DNA of 64,000 nucleotides from positions 32,001-96,000 of the forward strand of contig JBCCHT010000006.1 in the NCBI GenBank assembly GCA_039028615.1, given 5' to 3'. The DNA comes from Myxococcota bacterium. GTDB taxonomy: Bacteria; Myxococcota_A; Polyangia; Nannocystales; Nannocystaceae. The translations under genes were made by a program, and so were the position numbers. Of the stretch, positions 1 to 8,184 are shown one piece after another (positions within the stretch are counted from its first letter, which is position 1; each line of letters opens with the position of its first letter). The notes below the pieces were generated by a model. The model worked only from the letters and a program-made list of their open reading frames with translations, ran no database searches and was not told where the DNA came from.

Positions 1-412
1 CCTCGATGGGCGAGCAGCGGGTCGCGTTCCAGCTGCTGCCGCCGGAGTTGTCCCACGGCATGCACTTTTCGCCCTCGGGGCAGTCCTGCGCCCAGATGTC
101 ACACTCGTTGTTGGGGCCGCCGCCATCGGGCTCCATGATGAAGTTGCTCGGACCGTCGTCCGAACCCTCATCGGCGCCGCCGCTGGTGCCCACCGGGGTA
201 TCGTCGTTGCCACCGGTGTCTTCCGCCGTGCCGTTCATCGGCAGGGTGTCGTCACCGTTGGTTTCTTCGGCCGGAGTCGCGCCCCCATCCACGTTGCCGT
301 CTTCGGCTCCCGCGTTGTCCTGGGTTCCGCAACCAATCGCCAAAAGCAATCCAAACGCGCCGGCCAGAGAGGCGCTAGCGCTGAGCACAGAGTTCATCCG
401 ACCACGTCGCAT
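1..412 (-). CDS. Cys-rich myxobacterial lipoprotein, partial (runs off the left edge)
   Basis: Minus frame read by hand: M(RRGRM)NSVLSASASLAGAFGLLLAIGC (lipobox-like), acidic Gly/Thr linker, then ECDIWAQDCPEGEKCMPWDNSGGSSWNATRCSPI. Paralog of 58906-59829. Start could be 412 or 397. Confidence 0.8.
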   Translation of the reverse strand, partial: MRRGRMNSVLSASASLAGAFGLLLAIGCGTQDNAGAEDGNVDGGATPAEETNGDDTLPMNGTAEDTGGNDDTPVGTSGGADEGSDDGPSNFIMEPDGGGPNNECDIWAQDCPEGEKCMPWDNSGGSSWNATRCSPIE

Positions 413-582
413 CCTGGGAGGATACACGAAACGAAGTCTTCCGAAACCTCCATTCCAAACACCTGAGCTAGGTACAACCCATAAATCTAATGTGCGACGA
501 TGAGAGAATTGTAGGCAATCGTTGCACATTCGGCCCACGGGCTCGCCGGGATGTTCGGGGCCAAGGGTCGTCGAAATTGCCG

Positions 583-1398
583 TTAGCGTGCGGACAACGT
601 GGTCTCGCGCTCGGTGGGCACGGCTCCGCCGAGACCGGCGTGCTCGATCCAGGGCCACGGTTCGGATCCGCCCCCCGAGATCCACGCGAGCTGGCTTCGA
701 TATCGCGACAGCAATTGCAGCGCAGCCACGCCGTGGTCGGGATGACGATGGAGCGTCGACCGCAGCTGCAGCCCCTGGCCGGGGTGCTCGGCGGCGCATC
801 GTGACGCGAGGGCTTCGAGGGCCTGCGCTCGTTCGTCGGCGCCGAACATGGCGGCCACGCCCCCCGCGTCGACCTGGGCCCCAAGCTCGGTCGGACGCGG
901 CGGCGTGGACATGCGACCGCCCTCGAGCTCGAGCCGTCGCAGCTCGGCCCACGCGGGCACGAAGGCATAGGGACGATCGTCGTAGTAGCTCGCCGGGCGC
1001 TCGATGAGACGGGACGCGGCAAAGAGGGTGCGGTGATCGAGGTGCCCGCCGATCCCCAGCGGCCACCAACTCTCGCGGGGTTCGATGACTGCGAGGTATC
1101 GCCGCAAGGCATGGGCGATGCGTTCGACCTCGGTCGACTGAAGCCGCGGCTGCACGACCAGGGAGTGAAAACTCGGCACGAGCCCGCGCCGAACCGGAGC
1201 ATCGGCGAAGTCGAGGTGCATGCACTCCGCGCCCACCGAGGCCAGCGCCGCCCGGTCCTCGGCTCGTCGCTGCGGTTGGTCTGCACCGAACACGGTGATC
1301 ACCACCACCCGACGGCCCGCGGCTCGACACGCCACGATCCCGGCCGCGCAGGAGAACACGGCGTCATCGAGATGGGGTGAGACATAGACCCGCGTCAC
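583..1398 (-). CDS. PIG-L/LmbE family N-acetyl-sugar deacetylase
   Basis: SPHLDDAVFSC, RRAEDRAA and GGHLDH motifs; GTGA overlap with the upstream gene. Confidence 0.85.
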   Translation of the reverse strand: MTRVYVSPHLDDAVFSCAAGIVACRAAGRRVVVITVFGADQPQRRAEDRAALASVGAECMHLDFADAPVRRGLVPSFHSLVVQPRLQSTEVERIAHALRRYLAVIEPRESWWPLGIGGHLDHRTLFAASRLIERPASYYDDRPYAFVPAWAELRRLELEGGRMSTPPRPTELGAQVDAGGVAAMFGADERAQALEALASRCAAEHPGQGLQLRSTLHRHPDHGVAALQLLSRYRSQLAWISGGGSEPWPWIEHAGLGGAVPTERETTLSAR

Positions 1399-2144
1399 GA
1401 GCTCGGCTCCACGATGGCTGCACCCACGCCGAACCCGATGGTCAGCACCAGCGTGGGCGTGGGGCGAGGACCGAGCTGCACGAAGGCCGCGGTCGCGGCC
1501 AGTTCGGCGTCGTTGACCAATCGCAGGTGCTCGAGCTCGATGCCCATGCGCTCCGCCAGCTCGGCGCGCCAGGTCGGATCGGGGTCACGCCAGCAATAGG
1601 TGCAGACCGTCGGGGCTTGGTCCGAGCCCACCTCGCACGGCAGCGCCAGCAGCACCCGGCCCGAAGCCGCGTGGGTGCCCAGCGCTTCGGCAATGAAGTC
1701 GAGCGTCGTGCTCCGTGAAGTCTCGTCCCCGGCGGCGCGGGCCATGGGGGCGAGTCGTTCGTCCCGCTCCACTCGCCAGGCATGTCGGCCGTCGAAGAGC
1801 TTGAGCGAGGTCTGGCCAAGGTCGGCGCACAGGTCGACGGACGGTGACGCCGTCGTCCAACCCGCTCGTACCGCGGCGAAACTCGGGTCGTCCGCGACGT
1901 GCACCGTCAGGCCCAGCTCGGCCAACGACGCCTCGATCGCAGGCTCCACGCCTCCTCCCGCGAGCACGACGGTGTCGATGTCCCGCGCCAGCTCGACCGC
2001 GTGCGCCACGATGTCTCGCCCGAGCGCGCCCGTGCGCAGCCCTGCCACCACCGCGGCCAGCTGGCGGGCAAACGAAGGCCGCTGCCGGTAGTGCTGCAGA
2101 GGCCGGCCCTCGACGGGCATGTCCCACAGCTCCAGCGGAGTCAC
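1395..2144 (-). CDS. ROK/ASKHA-family sugar kinase-like protein, circularly permuted
   Basis: DLGQTSLK, VNDAELAA and LTIGFGVGAAIV motifs; GTG at 2144 overlaps the TGA of the upstream glycosyltransferase. Confidence 0.7.
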   Translation of the reverse strand: MTPLELWDMPVEGRPLQHYRQRPSFARQLAAVVAGLRTGALGRDIVAHAVELARDIDTVVLAGGGVEPAIEASLAELGLTVHVADDPSFAAVRAGWTTASPSVDLCADLGQTSLKLFDGRHAWRVERDERLAPMARAAGDETSRSTTLDFIAEALGTHAASGRVLLALPCEVGSDQAPTVCTYCWRDPDPTWRAELAERMGIELEHLRLVNDAELAATAAFVQLGPRPTPTLVLTIGFGVGAAIVEPSS

Positions 2145-3103
2145 CGAGGGTGCACGGTCCACGGCGGCTCCTTCGTCTCTTCTACGACCGGCCATGGGTC
2201 ACAGGGTCGACGGCTGATGCGCTGATAGTAGTGCCGCTCGACGAAGTACAGGACCTTGCACAGCCGCAGCGCGAACTCGAAGACCTGCCACGCCATGCGC
2301 TCTCGGGCCGGAGCCGAAGCCAGCAAGTCGGGTCTTCGACGGCCGTGTCGGCGGTGGACCGCGCGGGTCTCGGGGAAGAGCCGATCGAGGCGCTCGAGCT
2401 CCATCCGCATGCGTCGGTAGTAGCGATACATCCCGACGAAGGTCTCGGGGGCCCGAAACCAGATCTGGCCGCGACTCGTCTCGACGATCGAGCCCAGGCC
2501 GTGGTCTCGCACGATCACTCGGCTGAGGTAGATGTCGTCGATGCGCATGCCCGCCGCGTAGTCGTAGAAGCGATCGTCGGGCAGCGCCTCTGCACGGGCC
2601 TTCATCTGTCGCACGCTGGGCATCTCGTAGCGACGAATCGCGAAGAGCTTGCCCGAAAACCATGTGCGCTGAGACGAGTGACCACGACGCAGGTTGTACA
2701 GATGAAGGGCGTGGGCCAGCACGGTGCGTCGGCGCGGTGGCACGGGCACCTTGGGCGGCATCGCGACCTGGAGGCTCGGATCGCGCAGCATCGCCTCGCA
2801 CAGGGCAGTCACCGTGTCGGGCTCCACACGGAGGTCGGCATCGGAGAACAGCACGAAGGGCCCGGGTCGAACGCCGCGCAGCTGGGCGGAGACCTTGCCG
2901 CCCGTGCTCGTCACCACCGGCCAGCCGCAGGAACGAGCGATACCCACGGTGTCGTCGCGGCAGTCGTCCGCCACGACCAGGCGGTCGAACGCGAGGCCCA
3001 GCTCCGCGGTCGCGTGCTCGCACGCCTGCGACAGCGACTCGAGGCACCGGGCCAGGGCTCGCGCCTCGTTCTTGGCCACCACGGTGATGGGGATGGTGGT
3101 CAC
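2141..3103 (-). CDS. Glycosyltransferase family 2 (GT-A fold)
   Basis: VVAKNEARALARCLESL, VVADDCRDDT, GK, FSDAD (DxD) and IDD motifs. Confidence 0.85.
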   Translation of the reverse strand: MTTIPITVVAKNEARALARCLESLSQACEHATAELGLAFDRLVVADDCRDDTVGIARSCGWPVVTSTGGKVSAQLRGVRPGPFVLFSDADLRVEPDTVTALCEAMLRDPSLQVAMPPKVPVPPRRRTVLAHALHLYNLRRGHSSQRTWFSGKLFAIRRYEMPSVRQMKARAEALPDDRFYDYAAGMRIDDIYLSRVIVRDHGLGSIVETSRGQIWFRAPETFVGMYRYYRRMRMELERLDRLFPETRAVHRRHGRRRPDLLASAPARERMAWQVFEFALRLCKVLYFVERHYYQRISRRPCDPWPVVEETKEPPWTVHPR

Positions 3104-4278
3104 CTCATCGCCTCCTCGGCGAGGTCGGCCGCACCTCGGCTGCCGTCCTGGGCGCGGTAGCTGTCGGCGATGCGCTGCGATGCGTCGCGATGAGGGCCGG
3201 GTCCAGCGAGGCGCGCCAAGGCTTCACCGATGAGCTCGACCGACGCGGTCTCGAGGTCGATGCCCTGCCCTGCCCCGCAATGCTCGACCATGGCCAGGTT
3301 GTGGGGCTGATCGTTGCAGATCGGCGCGAGCAACAGCGGCACGCCTGCCGCCAACGACTCCATCACCGAGTTGGCGCCACCGTGGGTGACGATGACGTCC
3401 GCCTGCTCGAGCACCGCCAGCTGGTCGACATCCGCCTCGCAGCGAATCGTAGGCGGCAACCCGCGGGCTCGAAACTCGGCGTCCAGGTCACCCATGCTGG
3501 CGATCATCGCCAGGCCGCGCCGGGTGGCGGCGGCGATGATGCGTTCGAAACGCTCGGGCTGGTACCAGGCCTGGCTCCCGAAGCTCGCGTAGGCCAGCCG
3601 CCGTGAACCTCGGTCGGGAATCTCGGGCCGTACGCCCGTGCGGTCTCCGCCCCGCGAAGGCCCCACCAATCGAATCGTGGGATCGGCGGGTGCGGAGGCC
3701 ACCGCGGAGGTGGTGAACACCGCGGTGCCGTGGGGCGACAGCACGTCGCTGACCCGAAACCGTGCCTCGAGCCCATGTCGCTCGAACAACGCATGACGCA
3801 TGGGGTCGAGCGCCTCGAGCGTCTCGATCAACGTGCTGCGCGTCGTGTCCGGCACCACCGGGTTGAGCGAGGTCGACCACCCCACCCAGGGCACGCCCTC
3901 CCGCTCGGCTGCGATCGCGGCGGCGTAGACCATCGAGTCGATGGCCACCACGCCCGGCTTCACCCGGCGGATCATCTCCCGGAACGGCTCGACCAGCTCG
4001 GCTTGAGCGTCGATGAGCATGGCCCGAATCCACCCCGCCAGGGCGGCCGGATCGGTGAGCAACTCGGTCAGCGCCTTGCCCCGCAGCGCCGCGTCGGGGG
4101 GCGGAGCATCGGGCGGCAACGCGACCTGCTTCACCCCCGCCGCTCGTAGCTCCGACCGGATGTCCGCCGGCGTGCCCCATACGACCTCGAAGCCGCGGCG
4201 CTCCAGCTCCAGCGCAGGCCCGAGCAACGGGTGGTAGTGACCGCGCTCGGGGATGGTGAACACCATCGCGCGCTTCAT
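3100..4278 (-). CDS. GT1/MGT-like UDP-glycosyltransferase (GT-B fold)
   Basis: N-terminal ERGHYHPLL; C-terminal VDQLAVLEQADVIVTHGGANSVMESLAAGVPLLLAPICNDQ (UDPGT signature); ATGA overlap with the asnB stop. Confidence 0.9.
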   Translation of the reverse strand: MKRAMVFTIPERGHYHPLLGPALELERRGFEVVWGTPADIRSELRAAGVKQVALPPDAPPPDAALRGKALTELLTDPAALAGWIRAMLIDAQAELVEPFREMIRRVKPGVVAIDSMVYAAAIAAEREGVPWVGWSTSLNPVVPDTTRSTLIETLEALDPMRHALFERHGLEARFRVSDVLSPHGTAVFTTSAVASAPADPTIRLVGPSRGGDRTGVRPEIPDRGSRRLAYASFGSQAWYQPERFERIIAAATRRGLAMIASMGDLDAEFRARGLPPTIRCEADVDQLAVLEQADVIVTHGGANSVMESLAAGVPLLLAPICNDQPHNLAMVEHCGAGQGIDLETASVELIGEALARLAGPGPHRDASQRIADSYRAQDGSRGAADLAEEAMR

Positions 4279-6023
4279 GGCGCCGCGACTCCGTAGGCCT
4301 CCGCCCACCGCTGGAGGCAGGCGACCCGGAACATCGCAGCCCGACGCGGCTCGTCGAGCGGTGCCGGCTCTCGAAGCCGCGAGAGATCGACCACCGCCTC
4401 CACGAGGGGATGAGGCGCCTGCGCCAGCTCGTGGATGAGCCCCTGGTAGATGCGACCGACGTCTTGGTCCTTGGGCAGGGCGGACTTGCGACGGACGCGA
4501 ATGGGCTCGGGTACCCATCCACGGACCGCCTCGCGCAGCACCGTCTTCTCGACTCCTTCGGCCAGGGCGCGCGTCGGCTCGATCGCCTGGGCACAGGCCA
4601 GCACCGCGTTGGCGGCAAAGGGCACGCGCGGCTCGACCCCGAAGGCCATGCAGTGCACGTCGCCGTTGTGCAACAGTCGAGGGAGCCACCGCTCCACCAC
4701 CAGCCGCGTGGTCGCGGCCACCCGCGAGGCAGGATCAGAGAAGCGCTCGCCCTGTCGTTCGAGTCGTTCACGGTAGCGACGGTCGAGCGTCTCCAGCGGG
4801 TCCGCGTCGACCTCGGGACGAATCGCCACGGCACCCAGCCGCTCGAGGATGTTCCTTGGGCGGCGAGTCGCGACGTCGTCGAGCAGGAAGTGATAGCCGT
4901 AGTGCGTCTCGTCGGCCGCGTCGCCGACCAAGATCCCTTTGAGACCGCGCTGGGCCGCGGCCTTCGCCAACGTGCGCTGCGACAGCTCTTGCTCCCAGGC
5001 GGGCAGAGCATCGTTGCTGCGCACCAGCCCTCGGAGCTCGGCGTCCATGGTGGTGCGCTCGAAGGGTACGAAGTACGCCTCGAGCTCGAGCTCCCGGGCG
5101 GCCATCCGGGCGAAGGGCGTGTCGTCGGAGACCACGATCGCCGAGTCGCGGCTCGTCCAGCGCTCCTGGCCGTCGAAGGCCACCGTCAGCGCCACCAGGT
5201 CGGGCACCTGCGCCCGCGCTCGGGCGGCGATGAGCGTGGAATCCAGGCCTCCGCTCAAAAAAACGCCCAAGGGAGCATCGGCGATGCACGCCGCCCCGAT
5301 GGCATCGTGCAGCGCCTCACCGAGCTCCGACGCGCCGACCGCGGGATCGGCCCCCGGAGACCACCGCCAATACGCCAGTTGCGTGATGCCGTCTCGGCTC
5401 ACCTGCAGCCGATGTCCCGGGGGCAGAATCTCGAGCCCCTCGAACATCGCCCGCTCCACCCCGCTGAACGCAGGTGCGACCAGATACTCCACGATGGCCT
5501 CGAGGTCGGCCCGCACCGCGCCCGTCCCCGGACCCAACAGAGCCTTGGCCTCGGACGCAAAGCTCAGACCATTGGGCGTGCGGCGAAAGACGAAGGGCTT
5601 GACCCCGAGGCGATCGCGAACACCATGGCCCTCGCCGCGCTGCGCGTCCCAGAGGAAGAACGAGAACATGCCGTCGAGGTGATGCGGCGTCTGGGTGCCC
5701 CAGCGGGCCCACGCCGCGAGCACCGTCTCCGCATCGCAGCGGCTCCGCCACGGACCGCCCAGCTGCGCCCGCAGCTCGGCGTCGTTGTACAGCTCTCCGT
5801 TGTAGATCAGGTGATAGCGACCATCGGGGCTCACCAGCGGCTGCTGTCCCCCGGACACGTCGACCATGGCCAGACGGGTGTGCGCCAGGGCAGCGTGCTC
5901 CACGAACACCGAGCCTTCACCGTCGGGGCCGCGATGACGCAGCTGAGCCTGCATCCACTCGAGCCCTGCGCGCGAAGCCTCGGAGGATCGATCGAAGTCG
6001 ATGATGCCCGCGATGCCGCACAT
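4275..6023 (-). CDS. asnB: Asparagine synthase (glutamine-hydrolysing)-like amidotransferase
   Basis: MCGIAG N-terminal nucleophile, HRGPDG, YNGELYN, RDRLGVKP, LSGGLDS, GDAADE; TGATG overlap with the upstream gene. Confidence 0.9.
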   Translation of the reverse strand: MCGIAGIIDFDRSSEASRAGLEWMQAQLRHRGPDGEGSVFVEHAALAHTRLAMVDVSGGQQPLVSPDGRYHLIYNGELYNDAELRAQLGGPWRSRCDAETVLAAWARWGTQTPHHLDGMFSFFLWDAQRGEGHGVRDRLGVKPFVFRRTPNGLSFASEAKALLGPGTGAVRADLEAIVEYLVAPAFSGVERAMFEGLEILPPGHRLQVSRDGITQLAYWRWSPGADPAVGASELGEALHDAIGAACIADAPLGVFLSGGLDSTLIAARARAQVPDLVALTVAFDGQERWTSRDSAIVVSDDTPFARMAARELELEAYFVPFERTTMDAELRGLVRSNDALPAWEQELSQRTLAKAAAQRGLKGILVGDAADETHYGYHFLLDDVATRRPRNILERLGAVAIRPEVDADPLETLDRRYRERLERQGERFSDPASRVAATTRLVVERWLPRLLHNGDVHCMAFGVEPRVPFAANAVLACAQAIEPTRALAEGVEKTVLREAVRGWVPEPIRVRRKSALPKDQDVGRIYQGLIHELAQAPHPLVEAVVDLSRLREPAPLDEPRRAAMFRVACLQRWAEAYGVAAP

Positions 6024-7060
6024 CAGCCGCGACCCCGGAGCACGTCCATCAACATGTGCAGGGTGGACCACTGCACCCGTCGTCGAGTGGTATCCAGCGA
6101 CAGCGGCCGACCCAGCTCCCCCGCCAGCCCCTCCAGCTCGTGGCGCGGCAGGGGAAGCGCCGAGGCGTCGCAGGGAAGCATACGCGGGACCTTGGGGCCC
6201 GAGGTCAGCCACCGGGGTGCGCCCCGCTGCGCCAGATAGTCTCGCACCCACGCCTTGTCCGGGTCGGGACCGCGGTGGAGCCACGAGCCCAGGACCTGGT
6301 CGTCGAAGAACGGGGATCGAAGCCCGAGGCCTGCCGCATCGGTCAGCGCCGCCACGATCGGAATGTAATCATAGTCGGGTCGGCCTCGAAAGACGGCGTC
6401 GGCTCCGTCCCCCGTCACCACCACGTCGTGTCCACGGCGGGCGAGGTCTCGGGCCAGCAACCATCGCCCCACCGGGTGCAGGCCATAGAGCGGCGTCTCG
6501 ATGCATGTGATGACCGAGCCCAGCTGCTCCACCAGCTCGCGGGGGTTCACCGTCACGCGCGCGAGCGGGACCTCCAGCCAATCGCAGATCGACTGCGCGG
6601 CGTCGACCTCGTCGTAGCGGTCGATACCCGTCTCGAGGGTCACCACCGTGGGTGCAGTACCCAGCTGCCTCCGCCACGCGACCAAGACCGCCGCGGCATC
6701 GAGCCCGCCGCCCAGGGCGAGGACGGGCGAGCGCGAAGACTGGGCGATGGCCGCGACCGCGTGTTCGAAGCTCACCGAGGGCTCGACGGCTTCAGCCGCC
6801 GCAGGCCCGGGCACGGCGACGCGCTCGATCCCCTGCACCACCGTGCGACGGTGACCGGTCGGGGAGAGTCCCCACGCTTCGTCGACGCCTCTCGGGTCGA
6901 GCTGCGAGTCCGAGCCGGTCAGGGCCGACAACCGCGAAGCCCGGGCCCCATCGGCGACCCGCAGGTAGGACCAGCCGATCCCGTGCCAGGCCCGCGCGCC
7001 CTCGGGCTCGACCCGGCGAGCGAGTCGCGTTGCGCAGAGCCCCTGCCGTGATGCCGACAC
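6023..7060 (-). CDS. Asparagine synthase-related protein (synthetase domain only, degenerate PP-loop)
   Basis: LALGGGLDAAAV, VVTGDGADAVF and LRSPFFD; no N-terminal Cys GATase domain; start (GTG 7060) uncertain. Confidence 0.7.
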   Translation of the reverse strand: MSASRQGLCATRLARRVEPEGARAWHGIGWSYLRVADGARASRLSALTGSDSQLDPRGVDEAWGLSPTGHRRTVVQGIERVAVPGPAAAEAVEPSVSFEHAVAAIAQSSRSPVLALGGGLDAAAVLVAWRRQLGTAPTVVTLETGIDRYDEVDAAQSICDWLEVPLARVTVNPRELVEQLGSVITCIETPLYGLHPVGRWLLARDLARRGHDVVVTGDGADAVFRGRPDYDYIPIVAALTDAAGLGLRSPFFDDQVLGSWLHRGPDPDKAWVRDYLAQRGAPRWLTSGPKVPRMLPCDASALPLPRHELEGLAGELGRPLSLDTTRRRVQWSTLHMLMDVLRGRG

Positions 7061-7074
7061 GTTCGCGCGGCATT

Positions 7075-7851
7075 CTAGCCTCTCGTGGTCACCGGCTGAA
7101 CGTAGTGGCGAATGATGCCGACCTCGGGATGGCGCGCGATGTACTTCGCGGCCGCTGGCGCCCATCCCCGGACCCCCAACACCAGCGTCCCTCGGCCTGC
7201 GCTCACGACTCGGTACGGGAGCTGCGCCCGATCGAAGTCCTGCCGGATGCAGCCCCACACGACGTCCCAGGCTTCGCTCGACGAGAAGTACGGGTCGGCG
7301 AAATCGACGGCGATCATCGCCGACTCGTCGGTCACCGTCTCGCTGATCTTCGCTTCGGGCGGAGCGAGTTCGATGGACTCGACCATCCCGCGCAGCTCGT
7401 CGAGCCTCTTGGGCGAGAAGGAGACGATGGAGTGGCGCTCGTCGATCACGACGAGTTCTTGGGCCTCGTACGCATACATACGGAAACCGAGGTTGCCGGA
7501 GCCGAGGTCGTGCGTCACGAGGTAGGACAGCTGCGTGTCTTCATCGATGGGAATGGGAAGACCGTCGGGGCCCACCGCGATCGTCGACGTTCGAAGCCGC
7601 TCGTGATCGGGCGGATCGCGATCGAGGAAGTCGTCCTCCTCGTACTCGTCGTCGTACTCCTCCTCGTCTTCTTCGTCCTCGGGCTCCGGCTCTTCGGGCA
7701 CTCGCTCCTGTTCGAGCTTGGGAGTCTCGACCTCGGCAAACGTTGGTCCGGAGGCTCCGGGGACCTCGGTCGCATTGCGCTCGCAGGCCACGGCACTGAC
7801 ACAAAGCGAGCCCAGGAGGGCGAGTACGGCATTCGAGCGCATGTCGTTCAA
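7075..7851 (-). CDS. Hypothetical lipoprotein with acidic tract
   Basis: Hydrophobic signal ending VSAVAC, then EPEPEDEEDEEEYDDEYEEDD. Confidence 0.7.
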   Translation of the reverse strand: MNDMRSNAVLALLGSLCVSAVACERNATEVPGASGPTFAEVETPKLEQERVPEEPEPEDEEDEEEYDDEYEEDDFLDRDPPDHERLRTSTIAVGPDGLPIPIDEDTQLSYLVTHDLGSGNLGFRMYAYEAQELVVIDERHSIVSFSPKRLDELRGMVESIELAPPEAKISETVTDESAMIAVDFADPYFSSSEAWDVVWGCIRQDFDRAQLPYRVVSAGRGTLVLGVRGWAPAAAKYIARHPEVGIIRHYVQPVTTRG

Positions 7852-8184
7852 CTCTCGATCACGCGAACGTGCGGCGAGCCGAATCGAGCTACGCCCGGCA
7901 ACACTCGCGGTGGGTCACGCAGCCCCCAACGCATCGAGACGCGTCGTCGACATACCGCAATGTCGGTCGCTCGCGTCACCGAAGGCCGTTCTTCGGGCTC
8001 GATCCATACGGGCGAACACGACCAACTTCGACAGCCCTGATTCGGAAATTTTCGAGGCCCGTAGGCCGGGTTGCGGACACTCGTCGACGTCCGAAAAATT
8101 GTCGGGACGGCATCGATTTCGTTGTCGCCTGCCGTATTGGATCCATGTTAGTCAATCAACCCGACAACCACTCATAGGGGGGTC

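Noticed and set aside
4275..7060. Lasso-peptide cluster suggested by two asparagine-synthetase-like genes
   Set aside because: No transglutaminase-like B2 peptidase, RRE or short precursor nearby; AsnB keeps its N-terminal Cys GATase domain; the neighbours are sugar enzymes.
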